A stretch of DNA of 64,000 bases, taken from NCBI GenBank assembly GCA_963782055.1, contig CAWAIF010000003.1:5216001-5280000 (forward strand), in the 5' to 3' direction. This document shows, piece after piece, positions 12,553 through 23,419 of the stretch. This stretch comes from an uncultured delta proteobacterium. Lineage in GTDB: Bacteria > Myxococcota_A > Polyangia > Polyangiales > Polyangiaceae. Numbering within the stretch: position 1 is the stretch's first letter; each line of letters starts with the position of its first letter. Below the pieces are notes generated by a model. It made no database searches and had not been told where the DNA came from. It saw only the letters and a list, made by a program, of their open reading frames with translations. Position numbers and translations under genes: made by a program.

Positions 12553-13113
12553 ATGACGATGCGGTTCCGGTTCAACGAGAAGAAGGCAGCTCAGGCCGCC
12601 GCCCACTTGCTCAAGCGCAAGGGCGGCACGTTGGACAAGCTCGTCCTGCTGAAGACGCTCTACATGGCGGACCGCCGCACGTTGCTGGAGCATGGCCAGC
12701 CCATCACCGGCGACCGAATGGTGGCGATGGACCATGGGCCGGTGCTGAGCGTGGTGCTGAACCTCATGAACCGGACGCCAGGCACCGGCTCGATGTGGGC
12801 CAAGTTCATCGACCCGCCGGACAGCGATGACGATGTGCGGCTGAAGGCGGACGCGAACGCAGACACGGACGAGCTTTCGCGGTACGAGCTGCGCGTTCTC
12901 GATGAGGAGCTGGCCAAGTACGGCGACATGAAGCCGTACGACCTAGCCGACCTCCTTCACAAGATCTGTCCTGAGTGGCGTCTCCCCCACGGCGCGGTTG
13001 CGGACATCGAGTACGTGGACATCCTCCGCAAGACCGGCAAATCCGATGCGGAGATCAAAAGCATCGAGGTCGAGGCTGAGCTTGCGTACGCGCAGGCGAC
13101 ACTCGGCGAATGA
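12553..13113 (+). CDS. Panacea (DUF4065/SocA-like) antitoxin domain protein (cargo 3)
   Basis: KLVLLKTLYMADR...ITGDRMVAMDHGPV...L...LH...PEW pattern. Confidence 0.8.
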   Translation: MTMRFRFNEKKAAQAAAHLLKRKGGTLDKLVLLKTLYMADRRTLLEHGQPITGDRMVAMDHGPVLSVVLNLMNRTPGTGSMWAKFIDPPDSDDDVRLKADANADTDELSRYELRVLDEELAKYGDMKPYDLADLLHKICPEWRLPHGAVADIEYVDILRKTGKSDAEIKSIEVEAELAYAQATLGE

Positions 13114-13493
13114 AAATCGGCGAGACGTACGTCTTCCGCGGGCACCAGCACATCATCATCACAGATCCCAAGGATGACGACGCGCAAGCCGTGGCCGTGG
13201 TGAACTTCACGGGCCACGAGGTCAACAAGGACAACACCTGCGTCGTTGAGGCGGGCGAGCATCCACGGGTCACCAAGAAGACGGTGGTCGCCTACAAGTA
13301 CGCCTTCATTCTGCCGCTCGGAGAGCAAGAGGATTTCGTCAAGCAGTCTACGCAGTGGGAGGACGTGAGCCCCGACCTGCTAGTCAAGATCCAGGAAGGT
13401 ACCGACTCTGACTACATCCCCGAGAAGGTCAGAAGGTTCGTTGACGCCGCGTGTCGGCGGTACCGCCTCAGGAACCGTCCCGTGCCCAAGTAG
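13110..13493 (+). CDS. Hypothetical protein, candidate toxin partner of Panacea
   Basis: ATGA overlap with the Panacea gene; 127 aa. Confidence 0.65.
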   Translation: MKIGETYVFRGHQHIIITDPKDDDAQAVAVVNFTGHEVNKDNTCVVEAGEHPRVTKKTVVAYKYAFILPLGEQEDFVKQSTQWEDVSPDLLVKIQEGTDSDYIPEKVRRFVDAACRRYRLRNRPVPK

Positions 13494-13940
13494 TACCCCC
13501 GCCCTTGCCCAAGGGTGTGTGGGCCGAGGGTCTGGCAGGCTACGCGGCCGAGGAGCAGATCCTCGATGTGCCCGCCGTGTGGCAGCTCCACGAGCACCAG
13601 GGTGGGGATCTGCGGGACGCGCTCGGGATCCTCAAGGACCGGCACGGGCGGTCCATCACCGTGGACGACGCCGAGTTCGCCGAGCAGTGGTCACTGGTTC
13701 GCCGTCCGCGCGGCGTCATGCCGCATCCGAGCCGTTGCCCGTCAGCTCCTCGATGTGCGCGGCGTCGAATGGGTGATCGAAGGGCGAGGGTCGGTCTGGT
13801 ACGGGCGGACGCTCAAGGTGATCCACGGGAGGTGACGTGACGCCGACCCACGTGGTCACGGCGTGGGCCGGCAGCTACCACCACGTGCCAGCGTGCCCGC
13901 CAGCGAGGGGTGCGACAGTCGAGCACCAGAGCCGCGCCAC

Positions 13941-14906
13941 CTACTTCGCGGGCTTCGTCGGCCCTTTGGGCACGCTACGTGTCGGTCGCACCTTCGGGGC
14001 CGACCGTGAGGCGCCTAGTCGCCGGAACATCGGACCCATGAGCGGGGGCACGACCAACCCGTCGCGGAAGAACATCACTTCGGAACCCGCCCGGGACTCC
14101 CTGGCGCTGTAGCCGAGACCGTAGGCAATCCCAGGGCAGTCCGAATACATGTCTCGAATGGCCTTCACGTTGTCGTAGGAGACGATCCACTGCTGCCGTC
14201 GCACCCGCCCCTTGACGAGCCTAGCGATGGCCTCGTGATCGGCGTGCTCGTAGAAGTCGTAGTACAGGTCCTTCCCCTTCTCGTAGTACGGCGGATCCAA
14301 GTAGATCAGGGTCCGCTTGGGCAAGGTACCGAGCCGCTCGCGAAGGAAAACGCTGGCGTCTTCACGGCTGATCTCGATCTTCTTCCGTAGTCGTGCGATT
14401 GCCTCGATCCTGATCGCGAGGTCAGACGCGTTGTACCGCGCCCCGATCTTCCACGGGCCCGTTTGAGCGCGACCCCCGATGACTCCGGCGTTCAAGATTC
14501 CCGAGCGGTTTGTACGATTGAGAAAGAACATCGCGAAGCCGAGCGACACGTCATCGTGGTCGCTCTGATTCGCGAGGATCCTCTTCTGGCGGTCCCACGA
14601 GCGGACCGTCAGCCGCGTGTCGCGCACAAGTTGAAGCAGCCTATCGGTGTGATTCAGTACCGTGGTCCAGAAGGCGAATACCGGACGGCTTATGTCGTTG
14701 ATGTGGATACGCGACACGTAGTCATGTAGCAGTAGTTCAAACGCGATTGCTGCTCCACCCGCGTACGGCTCTACGTATTCCCCGTCGAGGAGGTCATTGT
14801 CCTTCATGAGCCGCATGATGAACGGGGCCAGCTTGCCCTTGCCGCCCGGGTATCGCAGCGGCGTGAAGTGACGAAGTTTCGTACTGGTTTGCCTCGCTGC
14901 CACCAT
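13941..14906 (-). CDS. DNA adenine methyltransferase (Dam/D12 class)
   Basis: PLRYPGGK, YVEPYAGG and YLDPPY motifs. Confidence 0.9.
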   Translation of the reverse strand: MVAARQTSTKLRHFTPLRYPGGKGKLAPFIMRLMKDNDLLDGEYVEPYAGGAAIAFELLLHDYVSRIHINDISRPVFAFWTTVLNHTDRLLQLVRDTRLTVRSWDRQKRILANQSDHDDVSLGFAMFFLNRTNRSGILNAGVIGGRAQTGPWKIGARYNASDLAIRIEAIARLRKKIEISREDASVFLRERLGTLPKRTLIYLDPPYYEKGKDLYYDFYEHADHEAIARLVKGRVRRQQWIVSYDNVKAIRDMYSDCPGIAYGLGYSARESRAGSEVMFFRDGLVVPPLMGPMFRRLGASRSAPKVRPTRSVPKGPTKPAK

Positions 14907-14908
14907 GT

Positions 14909-16273
14909 TCACGCCCATAGACCCTCGAAGAGCTGATGTGCGTCGTCCCACGACGCCAATAGGTCGGCGACCTTGGGAGTCGTGAAGCGGTTGTGAACGT
15001 AGTCGTTGAGTAGCTCCGTGGAGAGGGGGCTGTGCGTAGTGCTCAAGGCTCGTTCGACGCTCCTGTAGTCCTTTCGGTTCTGGCCTTGAGCGACAAGATG
15101 TTCGATCACCTCACCGACCTTCGTTCTCAGATTCTTGTCTCTTTCGTGGCCCCCCTTGTCCTTGACCGTCAGCGGGACCTTCTGCTTCACCATGTAGTGG
15201 TCCACCGAGAGTTCCAGGAACACGCGGAACAGGACGGCGATGGCGTTCGGCGCGTCCGCAACCTTGAGCCTGCCAAGCTCCTCAAAGATAAGCGCAATCC
15301 TACGTTGGCTGATCGATAGCTCGACGCCCTTCGGTATCAAGGTCCGGCGCTCGGAGGGTTCGCGTTTGCGTTTGGGCTTGCTGCGCGACCTACTAGGCTC
15401 TTGTGGCTTGGCCTTGAAGTCGCCTTGGCCGATCTCCTCGATGGGCCGGACGGAGCCGGTCTTGGAGAGATCCGGGCGACTCGCCTTCGCGAAGTCCTTC
15501 TCGATGTACTCGACCTGCTGCGCTTTGTTCTTCAGCTGGCTGACGTTCTTCCGCCCCTCAGCGAGATCGAGAACCATTTGTCGCAGAGGTTTCATCAACT
15601 CCTCGGGAGGCAAGCCCGAGACAAGTTTGCCGTTCTTCACGTCGAACCCGAGGCGGCTTCGCACGTCGCGGCTGGAGAGGAGGCGGTCCAGCGTCGTGAT
15701 CGGGAACTGTTGCTCCAGGAGTTCCTTCTGCTGCTCGCTGAGAGCGCCGTGTGTGCTAACAAATGCGAGCGCCTGCAAGGCTGGGTCTTGCCCTCGGAAT
15801 CGAGATGCCGCAATGCCGGACCATCCAACGACGCCCTTCCCGCCGTTCTCGCCCGTGTGGCGCTGATGAATCCACTTCACGCCCTCGTCACGGTTTGCGA
15901 TCTCATAGCCCGCCAGTGGCTCCACCGTGCCACGGTCGAAGCGCTCAGCGAGCTTGTCGAAAGCCCGCCGCAGAGCCGTCGAGATCGGAACATCGTTGAG
16001 TACGCTGGGGGTAGCCAGGATCTTGAGCGCGACGAGTCGCCGGTTGCCCTCAAGAACGACGAACTCCTTTCCTTGCTTGAGCACCAAGAAACGGTCCATG
16101 GGGTTCATCCCCTCGTCCTCGATGATGCTTCGGGCAAGGACAAGGAGCTTCTCCTTCTGGTCCTCGACAATTTTCTGAAGCGCATCGCGCTGGTTCTTCG
16201 CACCCACGATGCGCGGGTTATCCAGATCCAACAACAGGTCGGCGATCTCAAGACTTACAGAACCCACCTTCAT
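14909..16273 (-). CDS. ParB/Srx-like N-terminal domain protein with possible HEPN-like C-terminus
   Basis: LDLDNPR and VLEGNRRLVALK motifs; C-terminal LFRVFLELS...LNDYVHN; GAGGAG RBS. Confidence 0.7.
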   Translation of the reverse strand: MKVGSVSLEIADLLLDLDNPRIVGAKNQRDALQKIVEDQKEKLLVLARSIIEDEGMNPMDRFLVLKQGKEFVVLEGNRRLVALKILATPSVLNDVPISTALRRAFDKLAERFDRGTVEPLAGYEIANRDEGVKWIHQRHTGENGGKGVVGWSGIAASRFRGQDPALQALAFVSTHGALSEQQKELLEQQFPITTLDRLLSSRDVRSRLGFDVKNGKLVSGLPPEELMKPLRQMVLDLAEGRKNVSQLKNKAQQVEYIEKDFAKASRPDLSKTGSVRPIEEIGQGDFKAKPQEPSRSRSKPKRKREPSERRTLIPKGVELSISQRRIALIFEELGRLKVADAPNAIAVLFRVFLELSVDHYMVKQKVPLTVKDKGGHERDKNLRTKVGEVIEHLVAQGQNRKDYRSVERALSTTHSPLSTELLNDYVHNRFTTPKVADLLASWDDAHQLFEGLWA

Positions 16274-16412
16274 CTCCTCGGCAAACGGGGACGGAACGCT
16301 GCCCGACCCTCTACCAGCTGCAACCCTACCGCCGCAAAGGACGCCCATCTCGTGGACGCACGCGCGGTGGGGCCCACGGCCGCCCGCGCGAGTTCGATTC
16401 CCGTCGCCATGT

Positions 16413-18200
16413 CTACGCCACCAGCTCCTGGACGACGGCCTCGACGAGCTTGGCCGCTCGGCCCTCGGCTCGACGGAGCTTCACTTCGAGGTCGTCGCAG
16501 ACCTTCATGAGCTGCTCGACCTTGGCGACAATCCGACGCTGCTCGGCGACGGGCGGGAGCGGGAACGGCACGCGCCGGAGGTCCACAAGGTGGAGATGGG
16601 TGACCCCCACCCCCTTCTGGTTGTCCTTGCCGAATTGGCCGGAGGCCCCGAGGTAGGCGACGTGAGCGACGAAGCGTGGATGAACCGATGGAACGACCGG
16701 GACGAGCGCGACGCTCTCGAACAGGGTGAACTTCCGGTCGGTGTCCACGATCGCAACTTCGCCGATCGATCCGCTTTTCGTCACGAGTACGTCGCCACGC
16801 TTGGGGCAGCAGCGTCCTGCCAGCTCCTCGAACTCCTCGGCCGAAATGTACCTGCACCTGTCGAACACAAGCTTGCCGCCCTTGATGTCCTTGGCTGAGA
16901 TGAACGCGACCCCCTGTTCTTGGTACTTTGGCGTGTGGTGCGTGCCATCGACGATGTGCCCGGCCACATCCCCAAGTTGGCACCACATCCATCCTCGCGG
17001 GACCGAGTAGGGCGCGGAAGCGGGTTCCGCCACGGCGCCGCCGTGGCCACGGCCTCCCCGCCGCTTGCCCCCGAGGAGCGCCGCCCGTTCCTGATGGATG
17101 CGAGTCCACAGCTTCTCGACGGGCTCGTCGGACACCACCTGTGGTTCCAGCCAGCCTCGGACGGCACCTTCGAGGAGTGCCCTGCGCAGCACCCCAACCT
17201 TCTCCGCCCTGTCGATCAGCACATCGAAGTTCTCGACGACCCGCTTCCAGGCGGCGTCGAACTCCTTGGGCCCCTCGGCGGCCGTGAGGGCTTCGAGGGC
17301 CGACTTGGTGAGCCGGGTCCCAGTCTCCCGCTTCTTGGTCTGCCGGGCTTCCAGGTCGTCGCAGAGGGCCATGAGCTGGTCCACCTTGGCGACAATCCGC
17401 CGCTGGTCGGCGAGCGGTGGGAGAGCAATCGGAAGCATCTCGACGGTCTCGGAATCCAGGCGACACGTCCCGTGGGAGGAATGCTCCACCTTCGCAAGAA
17501 CTCGCGTTCGAGCCGCCTGGCAGCTCCGAAGAATGAACTCCGAAAGCTCCGGCATCGCCAGGACGAGGGCCTTCATGTCCTGGTTGATCGCCACCTCCCG
17601 CATGGTGACGGCGACCGGAAACGAGTGCGCGAGAATCATCCCTCTGACAACGCAGAGAACGCTCCGAGCTGGAATCAGCTTTGCAGCGGAGCCCTCCACT
17701 GCGGCCATCGAGATGTGGTCCTCAGCGTCCTCGATGTAGGGACGCTTCATGTCCTTGGGGGAAACCCACGGCAACGGTCCCGCCCAGAACGTCGCGTTCG
17801 ACTTCGAGGGCGTCCCACCGCCGAGAAACCCACCAAACTCACCGAGTCGAACCCACCGCCAACCGGGTGGCAGACGGTACGGAGCTTCATCGTCAGCAAC
17901 GGGAAGCGACACGTCCCCGATGCGAATCCCAGCCTTCGCGAGCTTGGCGCGGGCACGCTGCAACTCGGCGACCAGTGAGTCGGCCGTCTCGGCGGTCGGA
18001 CCGGACAATCGCCCCCTGACGGCAAGCTGGAGCACCAGCTCCTTCAAATGCTTGGTGCTCCCGGCGACGTTGACCAGCACCTCGAAGTTCTCGACGAACT
18101 TCTTCACATCGAATCCGCTGCCGACAATCTCCTCGACGCGAGCCGCGAGCTTCGGGGGCTTTGCGCCCGCCTTCTCGAACATGGGGGTCTGGACGGTCAT
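16413..18200 (-). CDS. hsdS: Type I R-M specificity subunit
   Basis: Two TRDs, each followed by LPPxAxQRRIVAKVxQLM; P.GW.W..LG motifs. Confidence 0.92.
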   Translation of the reverse strand: MTVQTPMFEKAGAKPPKLAARVEEIVGSGFDVKKFVENFEVLVNVAGSTKHLKELVLQLAVRGRLSGPTAETADSLVAELQRARAKLAKAGIRIGDVSLPVADDEAPYRLPPGWRWVRLGEFGGFLGGGTPSKSNATFWAGPLPWVSPKDMKRPYIEDAEDHISMAAVEGSAAKLIPARSVLCVVRGMILAHSFPVAVTMREVAINQDMKALVLAMPELSEFILRSCQAARTRVLAKVEHSSHGTCRLDSETVEMLPIALPPLADQRRIVAKVDQLMALCDDLEARQTKKRETGTRLTKSALEALTAAEGPKEFDAAWKRVVENFDVLIDRAEKVGVLRRALLEGAVRGWLEPQVVSDEPVEKLWTRIHQERAALLGGKRRGGRGHGGAVAEPASAPYSVPRGWMWCQLGDVAGHIVDGTHHTPKYQEQGVAFISAKDIKGGKLVFDRCRYISAEEFEELAGRCCPKRGDVLVTKSGSIGEVAIVDTDRKFTLFESVALVPVVPSVHPRFVAHVAYLGASGQFGKDNQKGVGVTHLHLVDLRRVPFPLPPVAEQRRIVAKVEQLMKVCDDLEVKLRRAEGRAAKLVEAVVQELVA

Positions 18201-19648
18201 CCCCTGGCTCCTTCGAGCGCGGCCTTCAGCTCGTCACGGAGCTGGTCGCGGATCTTCGCTGCCTCCAGGGCGGCCTGCCGGTACTGCTGGAGCAATTCGT
18301 CGGCGTCCCCGGGACCGTCATCGACGGCGCGCGGGTTCTTGATGTCGAGGTTGTAGCCGCGCGCCTTGATGTCCTCGATGGACACCTTCCACGCGTGGTC
18401 GTTCTCCTTGCGCTTGCTCCACCACTTCTTCTCGGGCTCGAACTCCTTGATCGTAAGGGGCTTGGTCTTCGAGTAGCTCTTCGCGCCCTCGGGGTAGGGG
18501 TGCTCGTAGAACCAGACGTTCTTGGTCGGCTCGCCCTTGGTGAAGAACAGCAGGTTCGTCTTGATGCTCGTGTAGGGCGCGAAGACGCCTTTCGGGAGTC
18601 GGACGATCGTGTGGAGGTTGCACTCGGCGAGGAGCGCTTCCTTGATGCGCGTCTTGATGCCCTCGCCGAAGAGCGTGCCATCGGGAAGGACGAGCGCCGC
18701 ACGGCCGCCGTTCTTGAGGAGCGTCATCAACAGGACGAGGAACAGGTCGGCCGTCTCCCGCGTCCGGTACTGCGTCGGGAAGTTCGTCTCAATCCCGTCC
18801 TCCTCCATTCCGCCGAACGGTGGGTTCGTGATGATCACGTCCACGCGGTCGGCGGGGCCGTAGTCACGCAAGGGGCGGGCGAGCGTGTTGTCGTGGCGGA
18901 TCTGCGACGGCACGTCGATGCCGTGGAACATCATGTTGGTCACGCAGAGGAGGTGAGGGAGCGGCTTCTTCTCCACGCCGTGGATGCTCGCCTGGAGCTT
19001 CTCCTCGCCCTTCGCGCTCTTCACGTAGCTTGCGCGGATGTGCTCGATCGCGCAGACGAGGAAGCCGCCAGTCCCGCACGCGGGGTCGAGGATCTTCTCC
19101 CCGAGCTGGGGATCGACCTGATCGACGATGAACTGGGTGACGGCTCGCGGCGTGTAGTACTCGCCCGCGTTCCCCGCGTTCTGAAGGTCACCGAGGAGCT
19201 TCTCGTAGATGTCGCCGAACTCGTGCCGGTCGGCCGCCTTGTTGAAGTCAACCTCGTTGAGCTTGTTGACGACCTGCCGGAGCAGGGTGCCCGACTTCAT
19301 GTACTGGTAGGCGTCCTCGAAGACACCGCGAACGACACCGGCAACGGGGGCGTTCTTGCCCGTGGTGGGCAGCTCCTTCAACTTGGGGAACAGCTCGTTG
19401 TTCACGAAGTTGAGCAACTCCTCGCCCGTGATGCCCTCGGGGTTCGCCGCCCACGCGCGCCACCGGAACTTGGACGGGATGGGCGACTTGTACCCGTCGT
19501 CCATCATCTCCTTCTCGGACTCGCGGTCGTCGAAGACCTTGAGGAAGATCATCCAGACGAGCTGACTGATGCGCTGGGCGTCCCCATCGACCCCCGAGTC
19601 CTTGCGCATGATGTCCTGGATGGTCTTGATGGTCGTGCCGATGGCCAT
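18197..19648 (-). CDS. hsdM: Type I R-M methyltransferase subunit
   Basis: GEYYTPR, DPACGTGGFL and NPPF motifs. Confidence 0.95.
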   Translation of the reverse strand: MAIGTTIKTIQDIMRKDSGVDGDAQRISQLVWMIFLKVFDDRESEKEMMDDGYKSPIPSKFRWRAWAANPEGITGEELLNFVNNELFPKLKELPTTGKNAPVAGVVRGVFEDAYQYMKSGTLLRQVVNKLNEVDFNKAADRHEFGDIYEKLLGDLQNAGNAGEYYTPRAVTQFIVDQVDPQLGEKILDPACGTGGFLVCAIEHIRASYVKSAKGEEKLQASIHGVEKKPLPHLLCVTNMMFHGIDVPSQIRHDNTLARPLRDYGPADRVDVIITNPPFGGMEEDGIETNFPTQYRTRETADLFLVLLMTLLKNGGRAALVLPDGTLFGEGIKTRIKEALLAECNLHTIVRLPKGVFAPYTSIKTNLLFFTKGEPTKNVWFYEHPYPEGAKSYSKTKPLTIKEFEPEKKWWSKRKENDHAWKVSIEDIKARGYNLDIKNPRAVDDGPGDADELLQQYRQAALEAAKIRDQLRDELKAALEGARG

Positions 19649-19662
19649 GGCGTCGCTGTCCT

Positions 19663-22057
19663 TCAGGAGGCTCGGTAGATTTCGTCTTCAAGCGAGCGAA
19701 CGGCCGCAACGTAGGCGTCTTTGCCACCGAACGTCTTCACGATCTCGACCGGCGTGCCGAACGTCGTGAGCGGTTGGACCCTCAGCACGTTCATGTCCTC
19801 GATGTCGTCCACGCCTTCGTCGGCGTACTTCGCCAGCAGGGCTTCGAGGACGGCTCGTGCCTGCTCGCCGTACTTGGTGAAGTAGTCGCGCTTCTTGACG
19901 TTGTTCGCCCGCTCCTTGCGGGTGAGCGGCGGCTGCCCGAACGCAACGTGGCAGACGAGAATCGAAGGCGGAAAAGTCCTTCCCGACCTCCTCGGCGACC
20001 GCATCGAGCAGGAGGCCGTGCGTCTCAAGTTCCTCTACGACGGCCTGCTTTCGGTCGGCCGCCTTCCATCGCCGGAGAAAGGCATCGAGCGACGTGAACT
20101 CCTCGCACATGGCCTTCTTCACGTAGTCCCGAAGCGACTCGGTGACGAGCTTGCCGTCGCTGCCGTAGTACTGCACGCGCTCTTTGAGCACATAGACCGG
20201 AACGTCACCGACGACGTACTTCACCCGCTTGCCGCCCTTGTGCTCGTGGATGATGGTGTCGCCCGCATCGCCGCCTTCGTCGGGATCGATCTCGGGCGGG
20301 AAGCCGTCGTCCCTTGGCGGAGCTTCGGTACCCGTGTCGTCGTCCGGGGGAGCGGGGGGATCGTCGCCCTTGGGTTCGTAGACGCGGACGGGGAGGCCGT
20401 CGAAGTCGGGATCGGCGAACAGCTCGGTCGCCTTCTTGAAGTCGAGGATCGTGAAGTAGAGCTTCCCGTAGTCCTCGCGGATGCGCGTCCCTCGGCCGAT
20501 GATCTGCTTGAACTCGGAGAGCGACTTGATGGTCTGGTCGAGGACGACCACTTTGCACGTCTGCGCATCGACGCCCGTGCTCATCAACTTCGAGGTGGTG
20601 ACGACGACGGGGTACTTCTTCTCGGGGTCGATGAAGTTGTCCAGCTCCGCCTTCCCCTCGGCGTTGTCCCCCGTGATCTGCATCACGTAGCGACGGTCGG
20701 CGGCGCAGAGGTCGGCGTTCTCGTTGACGAGCAACTGCCGCATCTCGCTCGCGTGCTCCACGTCCTCGCAGAAGACGATGGTCTTCGCCATCCGGTCGGT
20801 GGCCTTGAGGAAGTCGCTCACCTTCTTGGCGACCAAGCCCCTGCGTTGCTCAAGGACCAGCTTTCGGTCGAAGTCCCCCTGGTTGTAGACGCAATCCTCA
20901 ATCTCTTCGCCGTGCTTGTCGAGCTTCCCCTTCGGCGGGCGCCACCCTTCGAGATCCTTGTCGAGGTCGAACCGCACGACCTTGTAGGGTGCGAGGAAGC
21001 CATCCTCGATCCCTTGCTTCAAGGAGTAGGTGTAGACCGGCTCGCCGAAGTAGTGCGTCGTCGAGATGTCGGTCGTCTCTTTGGGGGTCGCGGTCAGGCC
21101 GATCTGCGTGGCAGCCGAGAAGTAGTCGAGGATGTCGCGCCAAGCGGAGTTCTCGGCCGCGCTGCCCCGGTGGCACTCATCGACGATGATGAGGTCGAAG
21201 AAGTCGGGACTGAACTCCTTGAAGATGTCCTTCGTCTCGTCGGTGCCCGTGATCGCCTGGTAGAGCGCGAGGTAAATCTCGTACGACTTGTCTACCTTGC
21301 GGTTCGTGATCTTCGTCATCGCCTTGCCGAACGGCTTGAAGTCGTTCGTCTTGGTCTGATCGACGAGGATGTTGCGGTCCGCAAGGAAGAGGATCCGCTT
21401 CTTCGCCTTCGCCTTCCACAGGCGCCAGATGATCTGGAAGGCCGTGAACGTCTTTCCTGTCCCGGTCGCGAGGACGATGAGGATGCGGTTGTCGCCGCGT
21501 GCGATGGCCTCGATGGTCCGGTTGATGGCGTTGAGCTGGTAGTAGCGGGGCGGCTTGCTGGTGGCCTCGCTGTAGTAGTCTTGGGTGACCACGGGTTCGG
21601 CCTCCGCCGTGATCCCCTTCCACACGCAGTAGCGGCGCCACAGCTCGTCGGGAGACGGGAACTCGTCGAGCGTGAGGTTGCGCTCCATGGGCTTCGTGTT
21701 GCCCGTGCGGTCATGGACGACGAAGCCGTCGCCGTTCGAGGAGAAGACGAACGGGACGGCGAGCATCTCGGCGTATTCCAACGCCTGCTGCATCCCGTCT
21801 CCGACGCGGTGGTTGTTGTCCTTCGCCTCCATGACGGCGACCGGGAGCCCCGGCTTGAAGTAGAGGACGTAATCGGCCCGCTTCGACTTGCCCCGCGTGA
21901 TGAGCTTGCCCCGAACAATCACGCGACCGTTGGTGAAGGAGAGTTCCTCGCGCACTTGCACCTGAAGGTCCCAGCCCGCCTGCTCGATGGCGGGGTTGAT
22001 GAACTTCGTGCAGATGTCCCGCTCGCTCAGGGACTTCTTGTCGATGGAGTCGGCCAT
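19663..22057 (-). CDS. hsdR: Type I R-M restriction subunit (EcoAI/EcoEI-like) with a +1 frameshift near 19960 (possible sequencing error)
   Basis: ADYVL..EAK nuclease, [21 protein letters not shown]; the C-terminus continues in the 19663-20028 frame. Confidence 0.9.
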
Positions 22058-22335
22058 GTCGATGGGGATCCCAGGGTACCCGAACTTGGGGTGTCGGGAG
22101 CTTCAAGGGACGACCTCTGGCCCAAGCCGCCGACCCCACGATCTGCGCTTCCGGCATGGTCCGCCGGGGCAGTTGGCCTGACCCCCGATGGTACCCCCAA
22201 CGCAGGCCGTTTTGATCGAAGCGTCCCCTCCCGTGTATTCACCCCATGGGAAGCGCACGAAACACCATCCAGGCGTCCCAAGCCGATGAAACGGGAGGTA
22301 GCGACCCGGCCCGTACCTGCCTCGTCTGCGGCAGG

Positions 22336-22386
22336 GCGCATAGGAAATCCTAGCGCGGTCGGGCGCGAAAGTTTACGGAATCCATC
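22336..22386 (+). repeat. Array repeat R4, left half (variant A), interrupted by Int-IS91 copy 3
   Basis: Matches the first 51 bp of the repeat. Confidence 0.97.
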
Positions 22387-22566
22387 TTGGACGAAGCCGC
22401 TGCGCGGCAGCGTGGCTCCGCATCAAGCTCGCTCGCGACCCGGGAGCCCCGCGAGCCGTGTGCGCGCTGACGAGCCCGCCTCGTAGCCCTCGCGTGCCGT
22501 GATGCGGGCGATCCTGCGGCGCGCGCCGCCCGCTCGTGGGCGCGCGCGGAGCCGAAGGAGGCCGCG

Positions 22567-23412
22567 ATGGGTGCGAAGCGAAGACTGCGGGACACGATGA
22601 GCGAGGACCTCGCGCTGCGAGGGATGAGCGCCAACACGATCGCCACGTACGTGGGGTGCGTGCGGCGGTTCGCGCAGTACCACGGGCGGTCGCCGTGCGC
22701 GCTGGGGGCGGCGGAGATCCGGACGTTCCTTTTGCACCTGGTGGCGGAGCGCAGGCTGGCGGCGCTGACGGTCAACGTGCACGCGGCCGCGCTGAGGTTT
22801 CTCTACGAGGTGACGCTGGAGCGGCCGGAGGCGACGCTGGGGATGGCGCGCATGCGGGTGCCGATGCACGTGCCGGTGGTGCTGACGAGCGCGGAGGTGG
22901 CGCGGCTGCTCGCGTCGCTCACGAGCCACAAGCACCGGGCCCTGGTGATGCTCGCCTACGGGGCGGGGCTGCGCGTGAGCGAGGTGTGCAAGCTCCGGGT
23001 GGACGACATCGATCCGAAGCGGATGCTCCTGCACGTGCGGCACACCAAGCGCGGGCGTGAGCGCTACGTGATGCTCAGCGCGAGGCTGCTGGCGACGCTG
23101 CGCGCGTACTGGAAGGCGTCACGACCCGCAGGACCGCAGCTGTTTCCGGGGCGCGTGCCCGGGACGCTCCTCACGCGCGCGGCCGTCCACCGGGCGATCC
23201 TCAAGGCGGCGCGGCGCGCGGGCATCACCCGGCGCGTGTCGCCGCACACGCTGCGCCACAGCTTCGCCACGCACCTGCTCGACGCAGGGACCGACCTTCG
23301 CACGTTGCAGGTCTTGCTCGGGCACGCGTCGCTCAGGAGCACGATGGCCTACCTGCACGTGAGCACCGCCCGCGTGCAGTCGATTCAGAGCCCCCTCGAC
23401 GCGCTGCCCTGA
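22567..23412 (+). CDS. Tyrosine recombinase
   Basis: Protein identical to copies 1 and 2. Confidence 0.95.
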   Translation: MGAKRRLRDTMSEDLALRGMSANTIATYVGCVRRFAQYHGRSPCALGAAEIRTFLLHLVAERRLAALTVNVHAAALRFLYEVTLERPEATLGMARMRVPMHVPVVLTSAEVARLLASLTSHKHRALVMLAYGAGLRVSEVCKLRVDDIDPKRMLLHVRHTKRGRERYVMLSARLLATLRAYWKASRPAGPQLFPGRVPGTLLTRAAVHRAILKAARRAGITRRVSPHTLRHSFATHLLDAGTDLRTLQVLLGHASLRSTMAYLHVSTARVQSIQSPLDALP

Positions 23413-23419
23413 GCCCCCG

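Noticed and set aside
19895..22486. Long Arg/Ala/Gly-rich ORFs (for example 19895-22486, 25391-27514, 37919-40612, 49858-52221, 779-2239)
   Set aside because: Shadow or antisense frames of real genes, expected in high-GC DNA
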